This document shows, piece after piece, positions 32,247 through 43,336 of a stretch of DNA of 64,000 bases. The translations under genes and the position numbers were made by a program. Location of the stretch: positions 558,001 to 622,000 of the forward strand of contig SMSO01000032.1 in assembly GCA_004764695.1 (NCBI GenBank), read 5' to 3'. Within the stretch, counting starts at the first letter, position 1, and each line of letters begins with the position of its first letter. This DNA is from Schizochytrium sp. TIO01 (lineage: Eukaryota; Protista; Bigyra: Labyrinthulomycetes). Below the pieces are notes generated by a model that saw nothing but the letters and a program-made list of their open reading frames with translations, made no database searches and had not been told where the DNA came from.

Positions 32247-33315
32247 TCACAAGACGATGCAGTTTTTGTCCTTTTTAGGCTTAGAGGTCTGCGTAAGAAT
32301 GACGCATCGGATGGCCTCATCGAAAACAGCCTTAAGACCAGCCTGGGTCAAAGCGGAGCACCTGTATATAAAAAAAAGTTTTGTCATCGATCACATTTAC
32401 CACCGAAGAGGTGTTAGTCTTTCTGGCCTCTCTAATCAGGAACTAAAAAAGTTTTGATGTTCAAAGCAAATCAACAGCGCTACAGTTTATTCGCCCGCAA
32501 TTCAAGTAGGGATATGTGCGTTTGTTTATACGCCATTATACTGTACTTCTCACGAAAACATATTAGCAAAAAAAGAACTTACTCAAGGTACTTGTATGCA
32601 CCAATCTCCTTAGCCAATTGGTAGCCCTGGTCGTCACGGATCGGTGCCTGGCCCATGGACTTAAGCCTGTTGATGGTATCAGGGTCATCACGCAAGTCAA
32701 GCTTTGTGCCAACGAGGATAAATGGAACGTTGGTAGCGTGGTGTGCAATCTCAGGTCGCCACTTGGTCTTGACGTTCTCAAAAGACGATGGACTGATGAT
32801 GGAAAAGCAAATAAGGAAGACATCCGTCTGCGGGTAGCTGAGCGGCCGCAAGCGATCGTAATCCTCCTGACCAGCAGTATCCCAAAGTCCCAAGTTAATG
32901 GGCTTACCGTCAACCATAACGTTTGCACTGTAGTTATCGAACACTGTCGGGATGTACTCGCCAGGGAAGGCATTGGTGGTGTATGAGATGAGAAGGCACG
33001 TCTTACCGACGGCACCGTCACTGTGTTGTTGTAAGGTTTTGCATAGTCAACCATATTTAAAAAAAAAAATTGATAGCAGCCTCGATGTTAGTATCTGATT
33101 GCTGACAGGAACTGCTTGTTCCTGTAGGAAAACTTTTCGATCCTTCCTATCGTGTGGACTATGCTTTTTGATGAGTGCTTCCAAACGCTGCTCTAAAGAT
33201 TGCAACAGTCAAAGGAAGATAGCCTAAGAAGAAGAGTGTAGTCGCAAAGCTACAACAATATTTCCGATGAGAATGATTAAACTTACCCTACGACGACACA
33301 CTTGATATTCTGCAT
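32247..33315 (-). CDS. RAC1: Rac-family Rho GTPase, 193 aa; exons 33315-33287, 33020-32583, 32361-32247
   Basis: Spliced model reads [10 protein letters not shown]|[33 protein letters not shown]...[21 protein letters not shown]...GTKLD...KYLE|[20 protein letters not shown]...[11 protein letters not shown]. Both introns are gtaagt...cag. Exon lengths 29+438+115=582 nt. C-terminal polybasic region plus CaaL prenylation box. Confidence 0.97.
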
Positions 33316-35551
33316 GGTGTCCTTGAGCTGTTACAGAGGTTTGCCGAGGGTGTCAAGCAAAGCCTAGCTATTATCCAAAATTTGCTGTGTATTTTTCACC
33401 CAAATGAGTCATGAAAATGCGCACATATAACACGGTTGTGCTCTTCGTTAGACATTCCAATCTATACTCTTTCAAAATAGCAACTCAGGCTTGACTGAAT
33501 TAAGCAAGAGGGCGTGTATGCTCTCCTGGTTATTTTGCAGTCACAAAACTGTACAGGCCATCCTCTCCCCGCCTCCATCTATCTGCAGATTCTCTGTGTC
33601 TGTGCCAAGGCAGCTCTTAACTAAGTCGAGCAACAGGGTCCGTGCTTTGAGCGTGCCTGGAAATACAAATGCAATCTTCAAGAGGTTGAAACAACCATAA
33701 CAGCATCCTTACGTACGCCTTTTATATGAGAAGGCTAAATGTGAGGAAGACACGCAAGCTCAGGTCTTTTCCAAGCGCTCACAGATTTACCCAACACAGC
33801 AAGCCATCACAAGAACTTCTCTCCTCAATCTCAATCTCAACTCACGCACCCTTCCTCTTGCGGGCTATTTCCGTATTGCTCTACTAGCTAGTTTCTCTTG
33901 CTCAGGACCTTCCTTGTCCAAACACGGGTGTGCCTCGCTCGTGATCGTAGTCAGTTGCTAGCTAGCTTTGATGGGCCTATCTCTATGCTGTATGCACTAT
34001 GTATACTGCAAACAAAAAGAGAGTGTGAGAGAGGGCGCGCACACCTCCCTCGGTTGTGCTCACAAACCAAGCCAGCCAGCCAGCTCAGCTACTCTTCCAG
34101 CACATAGGCAAATCATCTACAACTGGTAAGCAGCCAACTACAAAACGAAAAGGACATCGCGAGCCATCTCACAAAAAGCAAGTATGCAAGCAAGTAATTG
34201 AAAGAAACCAGGCCTACTCACTCGTGGCGCCAACAACAGCAGCAGCAGCATTGCACGAAATTACACAAATACGCGACTGCGTTGCATGAAAATCGTTCAC
34301 CCACTCTTCGGCATTCTGCCTCCACGCCTCCGAAACGAGGCCAGCTCCAGGTGTTCGGTGCCTCCTTGTTCAATCATCAGCGCTAGCTCAGAGAGAAGTG
34401 CGCCGAAGATAACCAAAGTAAACAAAGGAACAGAGACAGACAATCAGAGCAAGTGGAGAACGAGGCAAAGAGAACGGGTCCAAAAGAACGGCCGCCGAGT
34501 GAGAAGAGAGGATATAGAGGAAATAACAGGGGCAGAGTCAAGAGAGACGTGCAGATTGAGATGAGATCGATGCGCAATGGCAAGCTGTCCGAGATCACGG
34601 CGCAGGCGAAGAGAAGTTATTCTTCTTCTCCTCTCCTTTGCCTCGACTTTGAAGCGAGTTCTGCCAGAGAATTTGCAAGAAGGTGAGACACGGTGCATAA
34701 GGAGCAGCGACAGAAAGACGAAGAAACAGGGGAAAGAAGGCGGCCATGGCGGCGGTCATGCCTGCCGTCACGAGGCCGCCAGAGCTTGGAGCGACCAAGA
34801 CGACAGCGAGGCACGAAGTACCGGTGGTGCGCTGGTCGCAGCTACCGTGGAGGCACCACCGCCGCTCCTCCTCAACATCGTCACGAAACGTACGTGGGAA
34901 ACGGGGCCCGATAGAGACTGCTTTGCTGCCAGACTCTGTTTGTTTGTTCGCCCTTTTTCATTCAATTATTTTCATTCAATTATTTTCAATTTATTATTTC
35001 CTAATTTTTAACTTCGAAACCCCTCTCAACTCCAAAACTCTCCCTAAAACTGTTTCCATCGAGTATAGTTTGATAGCCCTGTCTACCATTACCCATAGAT
35101 GTTCTCTGGCAGACCATCCCAGTGTATGTGAGGAGGATAGTTCTAGTGTGCTGAGAGGGCGAGACAAGAAAAACAGGTGTGAATCGGGGGTGTTTTATAC
35201 TGTTATCGTGGTGCTAGGCCTCTCACATACCGATTAGCCTATACCAAATCTCCAGCAAGGAGAGAATAATCTTTCTATTCTGCTTGTCGCTGCTTGCTTT
35301 ATCTGTGTCATTCATATCCACGTCTTAGCACGATCCATGCCTCCAAGTGCGAGCGAGCCAGAATACCCAAGGATACACCCGCCTGCACTATCCGACGGGG
35401 CTTTTCCTGACAAATTCTCGCAGCTTCCTCGGTCTCTGGATCAGTCAAAGCAGCAACTAAATAAATAAATAAATAAATAAATAGCAAAACAAACAAAGCA
35501 GAGAAGAACAAGAGGTGTCTTTTGCTCTCTTCGTATAATCGACAGTACGTA

Positions 35552-35586
<35 letters not shown>

Positions 35587-37080
35587 TTCGACTGCCCTCT
35601 TGACCTTAAGAACTCTTAGGGGGTACCTACCTATCAAGAAATAAAAATTCATCGCGAAAAGAGGTTGGTTAGTCAATTTTGTTGCCCCTTTTCCATCAAG
35701 GATTAAGTACATTTTTATTTATTTATTAATTCTAGGGAGATGAAGTGTGTGTGTTTCATTGCGCGCAGAGAGAGAGAAAAAGAGAGAGAGAGAGCCTCAG
35801 GGATAGATAGACAGATAGATAGATAAATGCATAGACCCACTGATCCACGATCTTTCCTGCTCGCGAAGTCTTCACTGCCGCCGAGGCCGCGCCGCTCTGT
35901 CTATCTTGGCATGCTCTTCCAGAGATGCTCCAGGAATCCATTGTGATGGCTAGCCGCGATTGGGGCGAGAAATGGAGAGTGAACCTCACGCCATGGCTTG
36001 AGAACCACGCCAGATCGGGTGCAGGACCAAGTTTCTTCTCCCTGTGACGACCCGCCTTCTTCTCTTATTAGGCACTCGAATAATGAGTGCTATGCCCCTT
36101 TTTCTGTTCGAATGACCGTCTCCCTTTAGTTATAAGTGATAGATGTTATAGTGCTGGACAATGTTCTATCCGACTTCAAGTTGTACATTTTCAATCAACT
36201 TTAAATAGAGTACATACATCGGATGTGGCACAGTCTTAATTGTTAACTATGATATCATTCTTCTCTTTTTTTTTTGTTCAAAGCGTTTTCAACAATTTAT
36301 TTTAATATAAAAACCCTTCTCCTCTTTCTTTCTCAATCAGCTTATTTCTTTCTAAAATTTATTATTCTAAAAAAAAATGAAAATAAAACATTCAATTTAC
36401 TTTAAGGGAGAAAGGGCAGTTTTCGCCTATTATCGTTCAATCAAACTCCCTCACACCCCTTTTTCCCTCCCTCGGACATGCCAAGTTCTCACCCTCTCAC
36501 TCTTTTCCAGTGTATCTCCTCCTTCCTGTCCTCTCTGTGAGAGCCTTTTACTTTCTCTTACCGGCCGACCCGCTCTCTGGCCGCCTCTGGCTTTCCGCAG
36601 CTACGCATTTCGCTAAGCCTGCCTATGATCCCAGAGGACCTTGGCCGGCGCCCCTTTCCTTTCGCCTAATATTACAATACGCGCCTCTGAGAGAAAAGAG
36701 AACTCCTCAGAGTTAGTTCTGCTTCTCGCAGTCCCAGGAGGCTCGCTCTCTCTGCTTGTTTGTTTGCTTGTTTGCTTGTTTCTTTGTCTCTTTCTTCGTT
36801 TATCGGTCTGTTTATTTGCCTGCCCGCTTGTTTATTTATATGCCTGCCTGGCTTTCTGGCCCCTTTCTTCGTGCGCCTGTCTCCTAGCGGAAAGGAGAAG
36901 AAAAAGAAAGGAGTTTAGATGAGAACGAACAGGCAGGCATTCAAGAGGGCACAAGTTCCTGGATGGTGCCACACGAGGGGGGCAAAGCACAGCAGAGCAG
37001 AGCAGAGCAGAGCAGAGAAGAAGAGAGCAATCACTCGGGCAGGTAGGCGAATCAAATCAGCCTAAACCAACTCAGATCAA

Positions 37081-37190
37081 ATGAAATGAAATGAAATGAA
37101 ACGAAATGAAATGAAATGAAATGAAATGAAATGAAATGAAATGAAATGAAATGAAATGAAATGAAGTGAAGTGAAGTGAAGTGAAGTGAA
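37081..37190. repeat. Compound pentamer microsatellite (ATGAA)17(GTGAA)5
   Basis: Direct reading; one unit is ACGAA. Confidence 0.97.
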
Positions 37191-37448
37191 TCAAACCTAA
37201 TCTTTTCTTGTCGCACCAGACTAAGTCGGGGCGGCTTGCAGGAAGTGCGAAATAGAACCTTAAACTGCGACAGCATATATGGCAGATAGCCAGCCGTTGG
37301 TCGAATTCCACTGCCACGAGGAGTCTCCTCGAGCTTTGCGAGTTTCCATCATCTGTAAATTAGATTGAGATCGCCATTCTATCATGATTCACTCTTTCAA
37401 AAGAAGGTTTTTTTGTTTTTTTTTTCTCACCCATGACCTGGCTATGGC

Positions 37449-37900
37449 GGTCGTAGGAGTGCTTACTACCCAGATAGTGAGCGGAGGTATCTTTACACCC
37501 TGTCCTCTCCGCCGCTATCGTTTCCTCGCCCCAAGCAGACTCCTTCCACTGGGTAACGGCCCCTCTCACCCCACTGGGTAATTTGGCGGAACTGTCAAAG
37601 GAGGCTCCGGCGCGCCATTGAATTTACAGAGGCAGAGGGGAGCGGCACTGCTGTGAGGAGGTTCTGTACTTTGCGCAGCGCAAACTCGAATCTCCTCACA
37701 GCCTTGGTGCAACAAGAACGAGGTTTCACCATGCAACACAGGCGACGTCGAGAGGAAGTGGAGACCCCAGAGACACACAGAGGGAGCTGTGGGGAAACCC
37801 CACTTCAACCACCCCCAGATGATGTGCCACCTCCTGTCGACGGGACTGTGGCTCCATCTATTTCGTAGAAGACCCCCCTCACCTCGCCGTGCTCCGCTCC
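37449..37900 (+). other. GC-rich, extensively self-complementary non-coding island (candidate structured RNA or mobile-element terminus)
   Basis: At least seven complementary segment pairs read directly, several with G-U wobbles favouring the + strand. No family recognised. Confidence 0.45.
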
Positions 37901-40900
37901 AGGCGGACTACTGTGGACTAGCCAGGTCTTACCCCGTGCCCTAGGTAGGACCTAGCTAGCTACCTTGCTAGCTAGCTAGAACTTGCGCCTTGGACCCTTA
38001 GAGCGCTTTAAGCGAGGATATCCTAGGAAGGGTTCTCTTTTCTGTCCCGGGACCTCTTGCGATGATCCACTAGTCAGCAGCTACGTATCTGGCTAGAAGT
38101 TGACTCCAAGATTTGAATCGAAGTGGGAAAGAGCGTCGTCGAGAGATCGCTCAAAAGAGCGAATCATCGAGACCTCCGACCAATTTAGAATGGACTAGAG
38201 AAGAGGCCACGAAGTTTGCAGATGGATTGATCGATACATTGATTGATTGCCGTCTGCCATTGCTGCTGAAAGTGCCTGTTTTCTGGAGGCGTGCTCATGG
38301 TCGAGCACACCTGGGTACTTGAACTTTGGCCATTTTACGAGTCCAGGAAGTCGGCGTGGTCAACAACGTGAGCTGCGTCAACACGAGGAGGAGGCATACT
38401 GGAATGGAGATCATCCGCACCGTATGTATCTGCGAGCTGATGTGCGATCTTCAATCTAATGCCCTGATCGACTCCGTGAAACCTTGGGCTGGATCCCAAA
38501 GCTGCTCCGTAGCACCAGCAACTCCGTTCGGGTTCACCGGATCGTTTTAGCAGCCCTCGCGTGACAATTTTGAAAGCGCCTCTCGAGCCTGTGTATCGAC
38601 CTGGCCGACTGCTGTCTGACGGTCACCGTGCTTCGTTTGGCCTGGGAGTTCGAAATGACTGACCACCTCCTGCCACCAGAGGACAGCGAGGGAGCAGTGT
38701 GACGAGGCCCGAACAAGTTCCCTTCACGCGAGATCGTTCGAGTCAAGAGGAAACATCCATCGGGCCTTGGCCCAGACACGTGCGTGGCCTTGTATATGCA
38801 ACCAAGTACCCATTCATCCATTGGGCGGTCATTCGTCCGTGTCCTTCAGGGAGTGAGTGCGTCGTCGAGCTAGAACAAGTCTAGCTGTTTGTATCGGCGA
38901 AGACATCAAGTGTGTGAGATACGAACATCGGCCTGATTGCAGGCATAGTAGTCGCGCGATTGCACAACTCTGTTCAAGGGTGGACCATGCGAGTTGAAAA
39001 TTGATATATTACACTGTGGATACTCCTACTAGGAGTTGATAGGATACTTCCGTTGAGATGCCACAGAAAGAGCAAGAGTCCTCATGTTTCCTTCTACGCG
39101 TCGACGCTTGCTTGCGTTTGGGTGCGGCCAACTTAACCCCTGGGCGATGGGAAGAGCCTTAGATATAAACGACCGTAAACATAGGCATGTGGATCTACGA
39201 TTGGGAAACCAGGCAACAGGGCTTTGTTCCAAAGTTTATGAGGGAACAATTCCAAGTCAGGTGGGCTTGGACCCCTTCCTTACTGCTGTGTATCTTACAC
39301 ATATTTTCTTGTGTAGTATAAGCGTGATGTATAATCTTGGCGCATATGAGTGGTCTTAACTCACCATGCATGAAGTCTCATGAAGACTCATGGAGCCTCA
39401 GAAGGCTCCGTGGCATATTGTTCTTTAAAACTGTTTGGCAGCCGCCAATCAGTCGTACGTTGACAATCTCGGTTTTACAAAAGTGAAGCACTGGTCTACG
39501 ACTTTACTCGTACTTAAATAGAAGAATAGCATAACTCTCGAGCTATCTCGAACTAGCTTCTGTATGAATACAAAATCACGCAAGCTGACATTCACAACAT
39601 GCAAGACAATGGAGATTTCTAGAAGCTGCTGTTCTTCTATTCGCAAATGGAGTGCTTGACGATACACTGAGTTCTTAACACAAAATGCAAGACAATGGAA
39701 GCAATGCGTACATGATGCTTTCTAGCACCCCACTGCTGGTTTGGCAAAGAGCACCGTGTTTGCAAATGAAACCGGCTGTTTGGTAATGTTAGCTTCGTTC
39801 AAAGCATTTTTTATTGATATTTTATAACTTTAAAAAAAGAATATATACAAAGACGAATACAATCTTGCCAAAATAGAATAGTGCATCAAATAGAAGTAGA
39901 TCATAACTTATTATCTCTTTCATGATAGATTGTCGTAAACATAATGGGTGTTTTTTTCTATTCAGCTAAACTTACTATCTTGCCAGCTCTCCTGAACTGT
40001 GAGCTTGAAGACTCAAAGATTCACTCAAGCTGGCGCAGGCAAGGCGATTCTGCTAGAGCATTAGCAAGGGTGGGAGCGGTTCAACACCAATTGTAGCAAC
40101 AAAAGTTGAGCTATATCTCTCACTTTTTTCTTGAGAGTAAATCCTTTCGCAGAGATCGCACAAAGAAGATATGGCACTCTGGCAGGGCGTGTGCAACCTA
40201 ACGGAAGCACAGGGGTACATTAAATGTCAAGAGGCAATCCAGCTAGCTAGCAGCAAGCAAACCATATCTTCCCATTTCTACCTTCGGGATCTGCCTCAGT
40301 AAAGCGTGTGGCCTCAACCGTGGTTTTCCACTCCTCAGATTCAACCCCTCTCACCCTTCAGGTTTTACTCTTCAAGAACCCTCAAGTTCTTCTTCACCCC
40401 GTGGTTACTGCCGTCCCATCAGTCCTTCAGCTCGCAAAACTGCTCATGATATCCAGCTTGCCCTCAAGCGGCCCTCCACTGACTCATCGTCTTCCCTAGC
40501 CCTCAGAGCATGGCTGTCATACTTCTATGGGGAAGCAAGTCTTCAGTGCCTGTCGCTGCTCCCAAAGCCAGCCCTCCGCGAAGCTCTCTGCTGATCTAAA
40601 ACGATCGATTGCAAACCAAATCTTGTTCTTGCAAGAGGGCGGGCCGCGCAAAGATATTTTCTTCCGTCCAAAGCTTTTAATAGTGATCTATGTGTTCACT
40701 AAGCCCGTCTCCCTTCGCTTCGGAACTTGAGGCACGGCACGTAGTAGAGGAGTACGCACTCAATGATAAACAGCGATGGCTATAGAATACCGAAACCGAA
40801 GAAGCCACAGATCTTCTCGAGTTTAGGATCTTCTCGAGTTTAGTTGCGCTGTTGATCTTGATGCTGCGGCTCCACCTGCTCTACATTCTAGAGTATTCCT

Positions 40901-41268
40901 CCACCTCTACGGACTATGGAGGTTTTACCGTAAGGGACTGCCTGCCCACTACGGGTCCCAACGCCTCTTTAGAAGAAGGTAGTAATCTGTGCTATTGTTT
41001 TAACTAGATGGGTGCTAAGCGACTGTGCTTTCTTATGAGCTGATTCTGAGATCTTCTTGCTGTAGCAGAGAGAAAGAAAGAGGAAGAAAAACCATAGATC
41101 AACTTTGGAGAAGAGATTCATTTGTTTCAAAGTAGAGCTCCACAAACCGTGAATAAAATCGTGTTTTGAGAGTTGACGAAGACGGCGTCACTGGTTTTGA
41201 GCTTGTGGGCTTGACCCTGCGTGGATATTTCGGCTAGCTTTGGTGAAGAAGAGTAGCGTGTGGCCGCC

Positions 41269-42663
41269 ATGGTACTTGTGAGCGTGGGCTCGGAGAGCGG
41301 GACGATTGGGCAAACCAACGTCCAGCGCAACGATCTTGTGGCCGAGGTCAAGGCACGCCTGCTCGAGGAGTGTTTTCCGGCACTCAAAGGCAAATTCGTG
41401 ACTCTTACGCACAATGGCGTTGTGATGGATGACGAGAACAGCATTGGGGATTACGGCGTCCACGATCTCTCGGCAGCGCGTTTCTTCCTGTCCGTACCTC
41501 TTAACCAGCCATATTCAAGTATTGATTACTCCAAGCTCTCTCAGGCGCTCATCAAAGAGGGCCGCAAGAAACCTGCAGCTACCTATTTCCATCCTGGAGA
41601 CGCGTGGGAAGGTCGTTGGACCCATGGAGACGAGTATCTGAAGTACCCGCCTGTTGATGTCAATAACCGCTGGTCTAGCGTTGCTCCAAGCACCTCCAGA
41701 GAGCTCGCTCCGAGTCCGCATCGCGGCGTGCCAAACATGAGAAATGGAGCTCCTCGAGCAATGCCTTCTCGCCCTGCACCTACTTCGAGTACAAATGCTA
41801 TCACAGAGGATTCTGCTCGCAACGGAGATGAGATTGTTGCAAATACATCATCAGCAGCATCCACGCAGAGCCTTTATCGACACATACCTGAGCGCGTAAG
41901 ACGCTACCATGATCAGAACGATCAAAAGCAGCGGCTTCCCAATAGTGACCAGGCTGCCAGAGAGAATCTTTTCCGCAGAGCCCGCCAACACTCGACATCT
42001 TCGGATGAGGCCACCAGTACTGGGGGCTCCCAGCACCCTCAACACCAGACCTCGCAGCACACTAATGGCACTACGAACCGAACAGCCCGACCTGCCCGTG
42101 AAGAAAGGTCTCATCCAGACGTAGGGAGGTCTTTCATGACCAAGTATACGTGCCATGTAGCAGGCTGCGAATACGACCTTATTCACAAGGCGGAGGGCAA
42201 GTGGGCAGGTATGGCAGGCTTTTTCACGTCTAACCTTGAAGCCCATCCTGCTGGTACCCATGCGTGCAGCAGTCGCGTTTCGTTTTTGCCGGATCGTGGA
42301 TGCTGGCTTGAGCGTCAGCGTCTCACTGGTGCTTCCGGAGTATCAACGCACTCGACCTTTTACTATGTACCGCAGGCTGATAAACTCATGCACGTAGACA
42401 CAGACTTGCCCGAGTTAGCCATGGTTGCCGTGATTAGCCTTCGCGAGGTTGACTCACACGTGCTTATTCTTACAGCTACGCACCTTGAGTCTGGACAGAC
42501 TTTACTTACAGAAACTATTACATTTAGCTCTGATTTCTCTTCGCGCGTACGCACAGGCCACCGCTTCGACATCAACGGCCAGCTCAAGGGAAGCTACATC
42601 TCTCGTGAGCGTAAGTTTGTTGACGAGGACTCAGGAGCGATTGAGCCGTACAATTTCGACTAG
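41269..42663 (+). CDS. Uncharacterised protein: N-terminal ubiquitin-like domain, disordered linker, C-terminal probable beta-barrel (calycin-like) domain
   Basis: ATG in gccgccATGG context at 41269. The pattern VAEVKARL...LTHNGVVMDDENSIGDYGV is ubiquitin-like. S/T/R/P-rich middle. The C-terminal ~170 aa has a GKWAG motif followed by alternating beta-strand patterns. Confidence 0.7.
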   Translation: MVLVSVGSESGTIGQTNVQRNDLVAEVKARLLEECFPALKGKFVTLTHNGVVMDDENSIGDYGVHDLSAARFFLSVPLNQPYSSIDYSKLSQALIKEGRKKPAATYFHPGDAWEGRWTHGDEYLKYPPVDVNNRWSSVAPSTSRELAPSPHRGVPNMRNGAPRAMPSRPAPTSSTNAITEDSARNGDEIVANTSSAASTQSLYRHIPERVRRYHDQNDQKQRLPNSDQAARENLFRRARQHSTSSDEATSTGGSQHPQHQTSQHTNGTTNRTARPAREERSHPDVGRSFMTKYTCHVAGCEYDLIHKAEGKWAGMAGFFTSNLEAHPAGTHACSSRVSFLPDRGCWLERQRLTGASGVSTHSTFYYVPQADKLMHVDTDLPELAMVAVISLREVDSHVLILTATHLESGQTLLTETITFSSDFSSRVRTGHRFDINGQLKGSYISRERKFVDEDSGAIEPYNFD

Positions 42664-43336
42664 ATCAGGACCTTTATTTTTCTTTATCCCCTTTTGTTGA
42701 TTTGAGGGGCTCTAATGATACAACAAACATTTTATCTGCACATTAAATTCCTACTACCACACCTTTTAATATCTCCCTTACACTCACATTACTTGCTGAT
42801 GTATATCCTCTTTTTCACAATAAAAAGTGATTTAATCTTTCTTGTGCTGCAACCACATGTACTGTGAGAGTGTTAGTATCTATGTGAAGAAGGACAGAAT
42901 ATCAGATGATTTCCTCGACAAGATCGGGAACCCGAAGTTTATATTTTCGAATTTAACTTCGAAGCGAATCGTAGCAAGTTAAGAGATATTGGTATGTTTC
43001 CCATGGGGGGCGATGTTTTCGCTGTGAGAAGTCTGGTTCAGGCGAAGTAAAGCAAAATGTATGAAAAAAAAGTTTCAAAATTTTAAAAAGCCGATGAAAC
43101 CGAGCTTACCCAGGCTGGCATTCAAATTTGATAATTCGAACATAACCTAAACCCCATACGTGAAGGTTTGCAAACACCACTTTTAACTTGTGCACATAGC
43201 GACAGTGTACACCGGAGCGTATCAAAACGCGAAGGCTTCAAGCGCTGCAGTGAAGGAACGGGAGGATCGAGGTCAGGAGCAACAATTCAAAGTACTTTTT
43301 AAATCTTGGATTTGAAAATTTGCCAACACAATCCAA

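Noticed and set aside
37515-37561. HDV-like ribozyme suggested by TTCCTCGC
   Set aside because: No P3 helix flanks the loop, and the P1/P1.1/P4 order does not fit.
37584-39448. Possible terminal inverted repeats TTGGCGGAACTGTCAAAG / TTTGGCAGCCGCCAA bounding a 1.9-kb element
   Set aside because: The match is short and gapped; no target-site duplication or transposase ORF seen.
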